A stretch of DNA of 64,000 bases from a virus, in the IMG/VR virus record IMGVR_UViG_3300032738_000111, positions 1-64,000 of that record; one strand, written 5' to 3'. Positions 52,714 through 63,193 of this stretch are shown here, piece after piece (position 1 is the stretch's first letter; each line of letters begins with the position of its first letter). Below the pieces are notes generated by a model. The model searched no databases, had not been told where the DNA came from, and worked only from the letters and a program-made list of their open reading frames with translations. The position numbers and the translations under genes are program-made.

Positions 52714-54026
52714 TAGTTATCACTCACATCGGCAGGCTGGATTGTACCTCTTGCGTTTGCGGCGCGGACAAGTTCCCAAATCTCAGCAAACAGAACTGCG
52801 TCGTGGCCATCGGCGGCGCAGATAATACCTCGCAGGTCGGCGGGGGAAATTGCGTCACGGACATCGCCGATACTGATAGCGCTGCGGGCATCGGCGACGA
52901 GGATTATATTGCAGGCGTCGCCTATGCGGATGACATGCCGAATGTCTGCGGATAGGACTGCGTCTCGTGCATCGCGGGCGCTGAGAACATCCCACGCCTC
53001 GGCGGGGAGCACTGCGTCGCGAGCGTCACGAATAGCAGCTTCAGAGATGAGTTCGGTAACTGAGGGTAGCGTCACTACGATGTTCGTGACGCCGGCCTGG
53101 ATATAGGCACCCGTGATAACTGCTACCGCTGGCAACGAGGCTACAACATCTAGGACCGCAGCCGCGACCGTTGCCCCGCCAGTACCAGCGGCGGTCGGAG
53201 CGCTTGCGGTGATAGTTGAGGTGGCTGCTGCAATCGCTGCCCCGCCTGCTATACTAGCCAACTGCGCGGACGCTATAAGCTCGGCTACACTGGCGGATAT
53301 AATCGCCCCGGTAATCACGCCGGCTGTCGGCGCGGAGGCCGTCAGACTACTGGCCGCCGCAGCGATAGTGGCTCCGCCGGTAGCAGTGACGGTCGGTGCA
53401 GAACTGAGCAGGTCAGCAACTGATGCTGGAACGATAGCCCCGGTTGTTATACCCGGCGCGGGCACAGAACTGAGCAAGTCAGTTACCGATGCGGCGACAA
53501 TGGCTCCAGTCGTCAAGCTGGGTATTGGCGCGGAACTGAGTAGGTCGGTTACTGACGCAGCAATGACAGCGCCGGTCGTCAAGCTGGGTGTCAGCACAGA
53601 ACTCAACAGGTCAGTTACCGACGCCGCGATGATAGCTCCGGTCGTCAGGCTAGGCGCGGGCACAGAACTGAGCAGCTCGGCGACCGATACTGGAATAGTA
53701 GCCCCGCCGGTTGCAGTAACCGTCGGCACCGAACTCAACAGGTCGGCTACTGATACGGCGACAATAGCTCCACCAATTGCGGTAGCTGTTGGCATAGAAC
53801 TAAGCAAGTCGGTCACTGATGCGGCGACCGTAGCCCCACCTGTCGCAACAGCAGTCGGCGCGGACGCAAGCAGGTCGGCAACCGATACAGATACAACAGC
53901 CCCGCCAGTCGCAATAGCACTTGGTGCGGATGCTGTCAACTCAGCTGCCGACGCATCAATCTCCACGTTGCCTACCGCAGGCCCGGCATTGAATTGCGCG
54001 CCATTGAATCCCGCGTCATTGAACAT
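52713..54026 (-). CDS. Ala/Ser/Thr/Val-rich repeat protein (putative tail filament/fibre)
   Basis: About 14 x 22-aa repeats followed by about 11 x 9-aa repeats. Confidence 0.7.
   Translation of the reverse strand: MFNDAGFNGAQFNAGPAVGNVEIDASAAELTASAPSAIATGGAVVSVSVADLLASAPTAVATGGATVAASVTDLLSSMPTATAIGGAIVAVSVADLLSSVPTVTATGGATIPVSVAELLSSVPAPSLTTGAIIAASVTDLLSSVLTPSLTTGAVIAASVTDLLSSAPIPSLTTGAIVAASVTDLLSSVPAPGITTGAIVPASVADLLSSAPTVTATGGATIAAAASSLTASAPTAGVITGAIISASVAELIASAQLASIAGGAAIAAATSTITASAPTAAGTGGATVAAAVLDVVASLPAVAVITGAYIQAGVTNIVVTLPSVTELISEAAIRDARDAVLPAEAWDVLSARDARDAVLSADIRHVIRIGDACNIILVADARSAISIGDVRDAISPADLRGIICAADGHDAVLFAEIWELVRAANARGTIQPADVSDN
53036..53960. repeat. Degenerate 66-bp tandem coding repeat
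   Basis: Unit AASVTDLLSSxPxxxxTxGAxx; gaactgagcagg-like words recur at 66-bp period. Confidence 0.85.
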
Positions 54027-54045
54027 GAATCACCCTGCCTGTTGC

Positions 54046-54234
54046 CTAGTCGCCCGCAAGGGTTAGTGGCGGAATCTCGTCCCCGTCACCCGCCGACAGG
54101 AGCTTCTCTTGCAGGCTGACAATAATCCCCGCAAGCTGCGTCGGCACAGAAATCTGCGGCGACCTCATCATGCCGAGTAGCACGGCGCGTTCGTCAATGG
54201 TCAGCTCTATTAGGTACGTTTGTTCATTCATCAT
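54046..54234 (-). CDS. Small tail-fibre-associated protein
   Basis: GGAGAGG RBS; follows the fibre gene. Confidence 0.5.
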   Translation of the reverse strand: MMNEQTYLIELTIDERAVLLGMMRSPQISVPTQLAGIIVSLQEKLLSAGDGDEIPPLTLAGD

Positions 54235-54298
54235 CTGGTATCCGCCCTCTCCTGTAGTCTGCTTGGTATCGAAATGAATGGTTTCATCTGTGCCCCTC

Positions 54299-55867
54299 CT
54301 AAGACTGCTTCACCAAGCCGAGATTCTGCAAGGCTGTTATCACGTTGTCCACTGTCGCGCCGACGCCCGTTGCAAGGACTGCCTGCGCGATTGGCGCAGT
54401 GCCGTAGAAGCCAACGTTGCTCCCGTCGTGGTCAAAGTCTCCGTCAACCTCCAGGCCGGTGCCATGAACGACTACCGTACCCGTTCCCGCGCATATCAGC
54501 CGGAGGTCCGCGTCGGTCACTTCGTTTGCAATGGTGAAGGTCGCCGCTGCTCCCGACGGATGGCCGAGGTAGGCGCTGCGAGCGTTCCCCAATCCAAGGC
54601 GGTAGAAGCCCATGTATGTGAGTGAAGTTCCCGCAAGGCGGAGGCTCTGCCCGTTGTGCGTTACCGTCGTCTGGCCGCCAATGGTAGTGGTACTGCCAAC
54701 ATCGACAGTAGCACCTACTGCAAAACTGTCATCGGTCTTGAGCGCGTTAGCCGCGCTGCGATAGAGGTTAGTATCCTCAGCGGCTCCGAAGTAAAGCGTT
54801 CCGCCGAGAACATTCTTGGCGGTCCCATTCTGATAGAAGCCGTAGTCAACGCCGGTCTGTTCCCACAGGTACATCATGTACGTAGTACCGCCGACGGTGC
54901 CATCGAAGTCTCCACGAATCATGGCGGCAAAGGCATCGCCGGTTATCTCGTTAGCTGCTTCTTGGTCAATCTCGGCGAGGAGGCCGCGCACATCGCCCCA
55001 GACCTTGCCGCCGTCGAGGTCAGCAAAAGCGCGAGCGCCATAGACATAAGCATCGGCAATAGCGTCGCCAACATTGCCATCGGTGAGGATGGCGCGAGAG
55101 AAAGTGCCGTAGAGGTTGCCTATCGTGCCTGCGGCTTGCTCCATCCGCATATAATGATAGGCACCAGAGTACTCATGGGCAGTAGTTGAAGCACCAGCAG
55201 TCTTGCGATTCTGTGAGTACATACCTATGTAGTTAGCAGCGGAATCAATGTTCCAGTTGGATAGGTAAATTGGCGATAATCCTGGCGTCGGCACCGGTGG
55301 AATCCCCACGCTGACACCAGCAAAGCGCGGCGTCCCCGTCGTCGTCACGTCCTGCCCGATGTAGCTATGGTCAGTCCCCGTGCTCAAGTCCGCGAGGTCA
55401 CCATGACTCACCGCCGCGCCGTCCCTATCGGGATGGTGGTCATGTAGGGTAATCACACCAGTAATCTGTTCGAGCAACTCGGCTACTACATGCAATCGGA
55501 CAGCGTCGCCATCAGCGTGCCCGACATCGCCAACCCCGTCCTGATTTCGCGTCACGGTAAGGACGTTGCCGGAGATAGCAATTACCCGCATAACCTCCAT
55601 GCCTTCGCCGCTACCGCCGCCATCATCATCGCCAGGGTCATAATAGGTTTCCCTGTCCCAAACCGTTATCAGGAACGGCATGGTCGTGGGAAACTCCGAG
55701 GCGTCATTGAGAGTGATAGTCGAGTCGCCCGCCGACACCGCACCATCCAGCGTATCCTTGGCATTGTTCTCGACTCTGTACCAAGCAGTCGGTATATTGA
55801 TGGTCGGGCCTGCTGCTATAGCACTCGTTAGACTAATAGCTGTTGCTGTTACTTCTACATCAGCCAT
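54299..55867 (-). CDS. Tail fibre / spike-like protein
   Basis: TITLNDASEFP..EVMRV..VLTVTR N-domain, beta-helix-like middle, DTNLYRSAANALKTD, VGFYGTAPIAQ. Confidence 0.65.
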   Translation of the reverse strand: MADVEVTATAISLTSAIAAGPTINIPTAWYRVENNAKDTLDGAVSAGDSTITLNDASEFPTTMPFLITVWDRETYYDPGDDDGGGSGEGMEVMRVIAISGNVLTVTRNQDGVGDVGHADGDAVRLHVVAELLEQITGVITLHDHHPDRDGAAVSHGDLADLSTGTDHSYIGQDVTTTGTPRFAGVSVGIPPVPTPGLSPIYLSNWNIDSAANYIGMYSQNRKTAGASTTAHEYSGAYHYMRMEQAAGTIGNLYGTFSRAILTDGNVGDAIADAYVYGARAFADLDGGKVWGDVRGLLAEIDQEAANEITGDAFAAMIRGDFDGTVGGTTYMMYLWEQTGVDYGFYQNGTAKNVLGGTLYFGAAEDTNLYRSAANALKTDDSFAVGATVDVGSTTTIGGQTTVTHNGQSLRLAGTSLTYMGFYRLGLGNARSAYLGHPSGAAATFTIANEVTDADLRLICAGTGTVVVHGTGLEVDGDFDHDGSNVGFYGTAPIAQAVLATGVGATVDNVITALQNLGLVKQS

Positions 55868-55878
55868 GGGATAGCTCC

Positions 55879-56307
55879 CTACCCGAGATTGATAATGCCT
55901 TCGCTATCCCAAGTGATTTTGAAATCCCCACCCGAGGCAGTCTTATCCGCTGCGAAATCAATCGCCGCAATCAACAGCGAGGTTGCCGCTGCACCGGATG
56001 ACTGGTAGATGATAGCTTGGCGGGCAACGATGGTGGCGGTGCTCCACGTTACATCATCAGCGTCAAACACGCCTTCATCATCAGTGTTATCCTGCGTCAC
56101 TAGTTGGTTTGCTAGCGAGGTACCCCCAGCCGAATACCCAGTTCCCGAAACCTCGTTAGAGATGTCGGCGAAGTCCTCGTGGGCATCAATATCGGCGGTA
56201 TAGCTGGAGGTGACAAGCGCAATCTTGATGGTGTCGCCTCCGTTACTAAGGTCGTATTCGCCCCCTAGTAAGCCCAGCTTGAAACGGTTGAACACTACAT
56301 TAGCCAT
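55879..56307 (-). CDS. Conserved virion structural protein
   Basis: TIKIALV..NEVSGTGYSAGG..FDADDVTW..IDF..F.ITW..GII. Confidence 0.7.
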   Translation of the reverse strand: MANVVFNRFKLGLLGGEYDLSNGGDTIKIALVTSSYTADIDAHEDFADISNEVSGTGYSAGGTSLANQLVTQDNTDDEGVFDADDVTWSTATIVARQAIIYQSSGAAATSLLIAAIDFAADKTASGGDFKITWDSEGIINLG

Positions 56308-56318
56308 TGCTCTGCTCC

Positions 56319-57110
56319 TTAGTGGGCGAGTGTGCCGTATACGATAACGCCGAGGTTTTGTGCGCCGGTGCCAACTTGGTCAACGTCTATCCGCAGTACC
56401 TCGCCAGCGTTGAGCCTCCGGGTACCATCGGGGACGCCTGAGGATTCGACTGTGTAATTGGCTGTGGTGCTACCCACTGAAGGCCGCAGGTTTGTGGTCG
56501 TGAATATAGTCGTCGGCGTGCTCCCGCTGCTGCCCGCGTGGACATCAACGATGGTGGTGGAAGCACTACCATTATCAGACATGACAATCTTGACCAGATT
56601 TATCCAGCAGTCGTAGGGAATGGGTACGGCCATCTTGATGCCGGTCGTCACCGTGTCGGTGCAGAACCAGGAGGAAACCAGCACCCGCTCTATCCCGTAC
56701 TGGCGCAGGTCAACGAGGCTGCTCAGGGTAGTCGCGCCATCCCAAGTGACCAAGCAGAATATCAGGTCGCCAGCGGTGCCGGTGGTTGGTGCGCTAGTGG
56801 ACTTGGCTAATGCCGGGACGCTGGCATCCCAATAAACGTAGTAGTCATCCGCAGCATCCGAACCGGAGAATGTGATACTCTCCGCGCCGAGGTAGCGCCT
56901 GCCGCTTGCATACCCCCTGCCGGAAGCAATGTCAATATCGGCGCTGTCAATACTGGCAGCGAGGCCGCTGATGATACCCGCCTGCGCCCATTCGTCAAGC
57001 CGCTCCTCAAACTCAAGCTGGAGGCCGTCGCCAGCGTTGTTGAATATGCTGGGCACTACGGTATCGGTACTGGCGATGCTGTACTTGTCGTCGTAATTGT
57101 CTTTTGCCAT
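56319..57110 (-). CDS. Putative tail/baseplate protein
   Basis: Two beta domains, ...AGEVLRIDVDQVG. Confidence 0.6.
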   Translation of the reverse strand: MAKDNYDDKYSIASTDTVVPSIFNNAGDGLQLEFEERLDEWAQAGIISGLAASIDSADIDIASGRGYASGRRYLGAESITFSGSDAADDYYVYWDASVPALAKSTSAPTTGTAGDLIFCLVTWDGATTLSSLVDLRQYGIERVLVSSWFCTDTVTTGIKMAVPIPYDCWINLVKIVMSDNGSASTTIVDVHAGSSGSTPTTIFTTTNLRPSVGSTTANYTVESSGVPDGTRRLNAGEVLRIDVDQVGTGAQNLGVIVYGTLAH

Positions 57111-57113
57111 TCG

Positions 57114-57419
57114 TTACTCCTCCGCAAAGTCTATGTCGCGGTTGAAGAAACTGCGCCCGTCGAAGAACCCTGTGTCTGGCTGCGATTCAGTTGCGAATAC
57201 GTTCATGTCCTCAAAGGCGTTGATACCGTCAAACAAAATCCAGCCGTAGGGAGCGAATGTAGTGAGGCCGTCGAATGTGACCGAGGCATTGAAGGTAGCG
57301 TTACCCGTCGAGCCATACCCTGGCCGCGCCGCCGCAAGCCTGCCCATAGCCTCCGCCGCACCCACAGTCAGGGCGCGGGGCTGTGCGAACCGGCCTATGA
57401 CATCCTTGGCTCGTGGCAC
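57114..57419 (-). CDS. Putative virion protein
   Basis: Phe-Asp-Gly motifs; lies in the tail cluster. Confidence 0.5.
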   Translation of the reverse strand: MPRAKDVIGRFAQPRALTVGAAEAMGRLAAARPGYGSTGNATFNASVTFDGLTTFAPYGWILFDGINAFEDMNVFATESQPDTGFFDGRSFFNRDIDFAEE

Positions 57420-57431
57420 TAGTGCTGCTCC

Positions 57432-59738
57432 CTATGCCGAACTTGTAGTAAGGGGGAAGTAGAGTTCTGCCGTGAATGTCTGCCGCGCCGAGAAGCGGTC
57501 GGGCATATCCCCCTCCTCTTCGACTATCCGGTAAATCGCATCAGTCGTTATGTTCATCTTGCTAACCTGCACCTGCACGAACTTGTTGGGGCCGAGGCTC
57601 GTATCAGGTGTCATGCTCCACTTGATACGGCTCGGCATTTCGCCCAGTTCATTCCAACGCCGCCATCCCGCCTCAAGTCCCGTTGCCATATCCGTCTCTC
57701 GTATAACCTCCCACAGGTCGCAGCCGATGAAGTTGCTGCTGCTTGAGGTCAGGTGCGAAGGTTGGTCAGCCCACAATACCGACTGCTCCCTGCCGCCAGT
57801 CGCAACAATCAGCAGCAGGTAGTTACGGAACTCTTCGCGAGAGGAAGTGTGTTCCACCATCCACGCGAAGTCGGCGGCGGTAGCGGTATCATCGTCAAGT
57901 AGCCAGTCCCGCGTGCCGCTGTAGCTTGGCCGCACTCGCAGGAAATACTGGCTAGTCTCCGCATCCCAACCCCACTCGCGGCCCATACTACCCACTACTT
58001 GGTCGAGCGCATCGGGCACGGTAGCAGTCGGGTCATAGGCATGGGCGTGTTCGTCCTGCGGCAGGCCTATCGGTATCACCGGATCGTCAACTGTATCCAC
58101 CATCGCCAGGATGTCCGTCAGGCGTGCGGCTGGTTCGCCCGCATTGTAGAGTGTGGCATGTACCCAAGTAGCAAGTTGGTCGCCGCCCGCCGCTGTAACC
58201 CACGCCATATACTTCTTGCTCAACCGCGCGTCAATCGGGTCTTGTACTGGCAGAGTGATATATGCCGCCGTACCTACCTCACGTTCGCCCTCCCGCAACC
58301 TTCCGAGGTCACCGACATGCCCTTGGAATTTCTGCGCCTTAGCGTCACCGTGCTTGCCGATACTGACGGTGACTAGCTCCTGCCCTTGCCAGGTGCGACT
58401 GCCAGCAGTGTCGCGGACGGAGATTGTTGCGCTCTGCCCGCGCCCGCTAGCGTTGAGGGAATAGCTGAGAGACTGGACATCTTGGTCGCCCGTGAGCGAG
58501 ACCGGGCTGCTGTTGGCCGCCTGCCGATGGGCATTGATTGCCATAGTCGCGACGTAGCAGACGGGGCAGGAATTCTTCGCGGCGGTATGACCGTAAGTGA
58601 AGGTGGTCTTGGCGGCTATCTCAATACTGCCCACTAATCCGCAGGCTTCCGTGCAAGTGTTGTACCCAGTAATACAAGCCTGTATAGCATCGGGGTCATC
58701 GCCAGCGTCTGTAACGCAGGTCTCATAAGCTGCGAGGCAGGCATTGAGGCAATCACGGTCGAGTTCCCCTACGCTTCCGGTCTCGGCGGTAGTGCGAACA
58801 TACCAGTAATCATTCGGCTCCCAACTATGATTGTGCCAACTACGGTCTTCGGCGGCCACGTTGTACAATTGGTCATTGAGCAGCAACCACGGGCGGCCAG
58901 TGACGGAGGACGAGCTTGGGTATTCTATCTCTGCGGCATACACTTTGCACGGAACGCCGACAACTGAGATGACTAGCCGGCCCGCTGGAATTGGCCAGGG
59001 GGTACTAGGCCGAATCACCCACGCATTGTCAACGCCGAGCCGCCTGATAACCCACGCGCCGTCCAATAGCTCAAACCAGAATTCGTCAACCAACTCCTCG
59101 TTGGCCGTCTTGTACTGCGAGCTTCCTGCACCTTGCCAGGTTGATAGTACCTCGGAGTAGCCCGTCGTGCGATTGGTGGCGAGCATAAACGGGTACTTGT
59201 ATGTCTGGTCAGCTATCGGGACGAACCACTCGTACATGTGACCTTCAGTCAGATAGGACACTAAGATATACGACGAGGAGGCGGTGTCGTCGTCTCGCTT
59301 TGGCGGCGCTGCCCTCGCTGTAACGATACCGAAATTCGGTTGCACTAACCAGTTCGTACTAATGATACCGACTGCGAGCGGGTCGGCGTTATACATATCC
59401 GCAAATTGCGGGCGTTTGTCCAGGATAGCTACGCGCGTGCGCCGCCAGTTGCCATAATCTCTCCACCAGCCGCGCCCCTCGCCCTCGCTTCCTGTTGCCC
59501 ACGTCATGTCCCCCTGCGGCAACCAACCGGCAGGCTTGACACCACGGATAGCCTCGATGTATTCCGTGCCGTCGTGGCGGGCCTCCGCTTCCTCGTTACC
59601 CCCATAAACACCGGGGCGCTTGTGGACTTTGTGATACCAGTCCTTATGTAGGCCGAAGAGGTCAATAGCGCCTTCAGCGTCCGGGTTGTCTATGACTATT
59701 TCGGCTTCGTAAAAGGGCAAAGCAATCTCCTCAGTCAA
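57432..59738 (-). CDS. Tail/baseplate hub-like protein
   Basis: 768 aa; C-terminal half has a hub-like pattern; Cys-rich insertion. Confidence 0.55.
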   Translation of the reverse strand: MTEEIALPFYEAEIVIDNPDAEGAIDLFGLHKDWYHKVHKRPGVYGGNEEAEARHDGTEYIEAIRGVKPAGWLPQGDMTWATGSEGEGRGWWRDYGNWRRTRVAILDKRPQFADMYNADPLAVGIISTNWLVQPNFGIVTARAAPPKRDDDTASSSYILVSYLTEGHMYEWFVPIADQTYKYPFMLATNRTTGYSEVLSTWQGAGSSQYKTANEELVDEFWFELLDGAWVIRRLGVDNAWVIRPSTPWPIPAGRLVISVVGVPCKVYAAEIEYPSSSSVTGRPWLLLNDQLYNVAAEDRSWHNHSWEPNDYWYVRTTAETGSVGELDRDCLNACLAAYETCVTDAGDDPDAIQACITGYNTCTEACGLVGSIEIAAKTTFTYGHTAAKNSCPVCYVATMAINAHRQAANSSPVSLTGDQDVQSLSYSLNASGRGQSATISVRDTAGSRTWQGQELVTVSIGKHGDAKAQKFQGHVGDLGRLREGEREVGTAAYITLPVQDPIDARLSKKYMAWVTAAGGDQLATWVHATLYNAGEPAARLTDILAMVDTVDDPVIPIGLPQDEHAHAYDPTATVPDALDQVVGSMGREWGWDAETSQYFLRVRPSYSGTRDWLLDDDTATAADFAWMVEHTSSREEFRNYLLLIVATGGREQSVLWADQPSHLTSSSSNFIGCDLWEVIRETDMATGLEAGWRRWNELGEMPSRIKWSMTPDTSLGPNKFVQVQVSKMNITTDAIYRIVEEEGDMPDRFSARQTFTAELYFPLTTSSA

Positions 59739-62700
59739 TCACGTCTGCAACTGCCCACGTCTCTCCGCCGTCGTCGCTGACCATTGGCCTGACCTTGTTG
59801 TCTAACGCCACCACTACTAGCACACGCCCATCGGGTATGGGTACAACGCCAGGCTGCTGCGCGTCGGCGGCAGCAATCTCTTTGACTGTACCCCCTCCGC
59901 CGAATTCACATAGCGTCTTTCCCCCATCATCGCTGCGCTGATACCACATCTTAGCCTCGCTATAGCCCGCGATATGTATGACTCCGCTACGGTCGGCTTT
60001 CGCATTCACTAAGGTCAACCCGTCGCCCAGCAATGCAACCGCCTCCCATGTCTCGCCCTGATTGATACTGATAAATGCGGCGGTCTTAGCCCTGCCCCGG
60101 TCATGTCCTGTGACTACAATCCTGTCATCGGGCAAGCGCGTCACACTAGGATTATCCCACGGGCCGGTTGTAGCGCCATCCATGACGAGCCGCTTATGTA
60201 CGCTACCCGCCTCGGGTTCTATCGCTCCGTAACGCCAGCCCTCCAACCCGTCGTCAACCTGCGCGTAATAGATGCTTCCGGCATCCATCCATGCCAGGTG
60301 GGTGATACCGTCTATGCGCCCGATGTCAATGTCCGGCTGGCCGAAGAGCGAAAGAAACTGACAGGCCCAGGGGGTCTGCGCGAGTCTTGTAATCGGCGTC
60401 GGCGCGTCAATGAAGGCGGGGGTATCCCCCACCACCCGGAAGCTGTTCGGGTCTTCGCTGAGGCTGCTCGTGATATTGGTCACGTCGGCGATGAAGTCGC
60501 AGGCGGCAGGCGTGGTCACACCCTCGGCGTCGGCGGCAACAACCTTCGCGCTTGTAGTCATCTGCTTAGGCAAGTCAAGGCCTGCTGGCAGTGGTATCAA
60601 GAAATCGCGGGCGTACCCATCGGCCATTGTGCAGGTGATTGTGTAGGTAGCATCGGCAACGATGGTTGCCGGTATTACCTTGGGTTGGACATAGACGGTA
60701 TTGACTAACTCATTGGTGGCGGCAATGGCAGCGTTATCAGCCCCGTCGGTGAAGGCGTTGCCACTCCACGTTGCCAGTGTCGGGTGTTGAACAACCCAAC
60801 GCCCGCCAGAAATATAAGCGTCGGTTTCGAGGTAGTCAACGGGCCGCAGCCACTTGTCGAGTAGCCGGTCGCTAAGGTTGTTGGGGCGATAGCGAAGGGC
60901 GCGAACATCATAGTCGTCACTCGCTACGGAACTGCCCACACTTGGGAGTCTTACCCAACTTCGTGCATCCCTCCAGCACAACGTCTGCATACAGTAGCCG
61001 TACAGGTAACCGGAAGCAGACGGCCAACGCCAGACAGGACCGTGGCAATAAGGGCAGGTGTTGCCCGTGATACAGCCTACGTGTACATTGTCATCCCCGC
61101 CGTCACCCGACAGCACCCGCACCTCGTGCCGCCGCCAGTCACCCCATTCCAATCCATAGCGGTCAGCCTCCGTGAGGTTCCCGGAATGTATGCGCGTGAA
61201 GTGCCCGTCAACGATATTGCCGGATAACTTGCCGCCGACGAGTTTTGGCGATATTCGGGAGGAGCCGATTTGTTGATCGTACAGTGGTGTGGCTGGGTCT
61301 TGGTACAGACCGTTGGGATCACCAGTGCGGCTGGACGTATTTGGCGCGACATTGAGGACACTTTCGTCATGCGCTTCTAGGTCCCAGATATAATCGCCAT
61401 CTGCGCTCCACTGCCACGTATAGTCACCCGTAGGTAACCCTGTTCCAGGATCGATTTCTTCTATCTGTTCCGGCGCAGGCCTCACACGGACAGGTTCCGA
61501 CCTTACTCCGCGTGGGATACTCTCGAAGCCGACACTAGGCTGCCGCCCGTTTCTTTCTACCAATAAGTACGGTGGGCGCATCGTTTGCCAGTAGAGGTCG
61601 CGGTGGGCAGTGTCATCCCTGAACCAGACGTAGCCGCCCGCCTCCTCGGGGTCTATGAGTATGCAACGACCTCTAGCAGTGACTTCGTAACATATGCGGT
61701 CTGGAGGGTCGGCATCGCGCCGTACATAGAATCCAGTATCATTTAGTACAACAACGCAAGGCCAAGTGCCCCCAGATGCCGTCATGTCCGCCTCTGTCCA
61801 AGCAATCTGCGAACCGCTACCGATATACCCCACGGGTGCTTCGCTATAGAGGTCTGCACTAACTGGATCGCCCGCCTCATCATAGGCGTATAGCCAATAT
61901 GTATCTGCTGGCGGCGCAGCTAGTGCAGGCAGCGCCACCTCTGTCGTTGCACCCGCAATGACCGTACAGGTTGTACGAGCTGCGATTTGCGTCCAGTGTA
62001 AGTCGCCCTCGATGCGTTCCACGCAGATGTATTTACCAGGTACAAGTCCCGTGATTGTACCGTTGCCCGCGCCATCGAGTTTGACTCTAGTGGTAGGGGC
62101 AGGAGTACCAGCAACGTCCTCATGCCACGCATGTGCGACAACACCAGGCGGGTCCCCGCTGGGTGTCCCCGTGAAGGCGATGGTGCCGCCCTCAACATTC
62201 AGGGTGACATCCTCGCCCTCAAGCACCCGCACCCGCTCGCCGCGATGGTAGCACCACACGGTAGCTGCGTATTCATCCGGCTTATCCGCATGGTCATCGC
62301 GCAGGTCATTCTCTCGTTGGAAAAGTGCGCCGTGTCCGTTCGGAAAGTATATGTCGTGCAGCCCGGTGCCATTAGCGCGATTCTGCATAACTCTGCCGGC
62401 GGCATTGGTCATCCACTCGCCCGTCGTGCCGCTACCCGTGTCCACGAATATGTCTGCGCCGTATTGGTGCTCCACTATCCCGTCGGCCACAGTCTGGCGC
62501 TCTACGGTGAATGTGACATACTCGTATGCCTGCACTACGCCATCGTGTTCAATGGTGATGTTCGGGCATTTCCAACCCATCACCAACGTCTCGCTGATGG
62601 GCTTAGTGCTCCCCGGCGAAGGCGCAATTCGCAGGCCGAGTGCAGGATGATAGACGCCGACTGCGTACTTGTCGGGTTCGTCAATGCCCTGCAGGACGAA

Positions 62701-62973
62701 GGCGCAGAAGTTGGCATCAGAGACAAACTGGAGGGCCTTATCCGGCCCGCGCTTCACTACCAGCGTTATGCCAGTCTCGGCGAAACCTACTCTACCCCAG
62801 GCGTCGGTAGTGTGGGTCGCTTCGATGAGTCGGAACTGCTTGCCGGCTAGCGTCACCGTGTCAAGGTTCGCGCAGGCACTCAGGCCTGAGGCCGCGCCCG
62901 GGGAGACAGTGAGTGCCCATGCCTCTATGCCGCCATAGCCGCTTGCGTTGTATTTGGTGGCGTTATAGGACAC
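59731..62973 (-). CDS. Large tail-associated protein with C-terminal BNR/Asp-box repeats
   Basis: 1080 aa; SINQGETW, SDDGGKTL, SDDGGETW; CPYC zinc site. Confidence 0.6.
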   Translation of the reverse strand: MSYNATKYNASGYGGIEAWALTVSPGAASGLSACANLDTVTLAGKQFRLIEATHTTDAWGRVGFAETGITLVVKRGPDKALQFVSDANFCAFVLQGIDEPDKYAVGVYHPALGLRIAPSPGSTKPISETLVMGWKCPNITIEHDGVVQAYEYVTFTVERQTVADGIVEHQYGADIFVDTGSGTTGEWMTNAAGRVMQNRANGTGLHDIYFPNGHGALFQRENDLRDDHADKPDEYAATVWCYHRGERVRVLEGEDVTLNVEGGTIAFTGTPSGDPPGVVAHAWHEDVAGTPAPTTRVKLDGAGNGTITGLVPGKYICVERIEGDLHWTQIAARTTCTVIAGATTEVALPALAAPPADTYWLYAYDEAGDPVSADLYSEAPVGYIGSGSQIAWTEADMTASGGTWPCVVVLNDTGFYVRRDADPPDRICYEVTARGRCILIDPEEAGGYVWFRDDTAHRDLYWQTMRPPYLLVERNGRQPSVGFESIPRGVRSEPVRVRPAPEQIEEIDPGTGLPTGDYTWQWSADGDYIWDLEAHDESVLNVAPNTSSRTGDPNGLYQDPATPLYDQQIGSSRISPKLVGGKLSGNIVDGHFTRIHSGNLTEADRYGLEWGDWRRHEVRVLSGDGGDDNVHVGCITGNTCPYCHGPVWRWPSASGYLYGYCMQTLCWRDARSWVRLPSVGSSVASDDYDVRALRYRPNNLSDRLLDKWLRPVDYLETDAYISGGRWVVQHPTLATWSGNAFTDGADNAAIAATNELVNTVYVQPKVIPATIVADATYTITCTMADGYARDFLIPLPAGLDLPKQMTTSAKVVAADAEGVTTPAACDFIADVTNITSSLSEDPNSFRVVGDTPAFIDAPTPITRLAQTPWACQFLSLFGQPDIDIGRIDGITHLAWMDAGSIYYAQVDDGLEGWRYGAIEPEAGSVHKRLVMDGATTGPWDNPSVTRLPDDRIVVTGHDRGRAKTAAFISINQGETWEAVALLGDGLTLVNAKADRSGVIHIAGYSEAKMWYQRSDDGGKTLCEFGGGGTVKEIAAADAQQPGVVPIPDGRVLVVVALDNKVRPMVSDDGGETWAVADVID

Positions 62974-62974
62974 G

Positions 62975-63181
62975 CTATCCCTCGGCTGCTTTGCGGACGA
63001 AGCCGCTATAGTCTGGTGCTAGCTCCCATGCGCCGCCGTCGGCAGTTAGTCCATGCTCATCCGACAGATAGCCAGCGAAATTGTCTACGTCTCGTTGCGC
63101 CGCGCTCAATGCCTGAATCAGCGCGGTCAACCGTCGCACCTGCGCATCCGTGAACTGTTTGTTGCCACTCTTCTTAGTCAT
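62975..63181 (-). CDS. Small hypothetical protein
   Basis: 68 aa in the tail cluster. Confidence 0.55.
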   Translation of the reverse strand: MTKKSGNKQFTDAQVRRLTALIQALSAAQRDVDNFAGYLSDEHGLTADGGAWELAPDYSGFVRKAAEG

Positions 63182-63193
63182 GCCATTTGCCCC

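Noticed and set aside
53113-54066. 317-aa plus-strand repeat ORF
   Set aside because: It mirrors the 66-bp coding repeat; the minus-strand ORF fits the operon.
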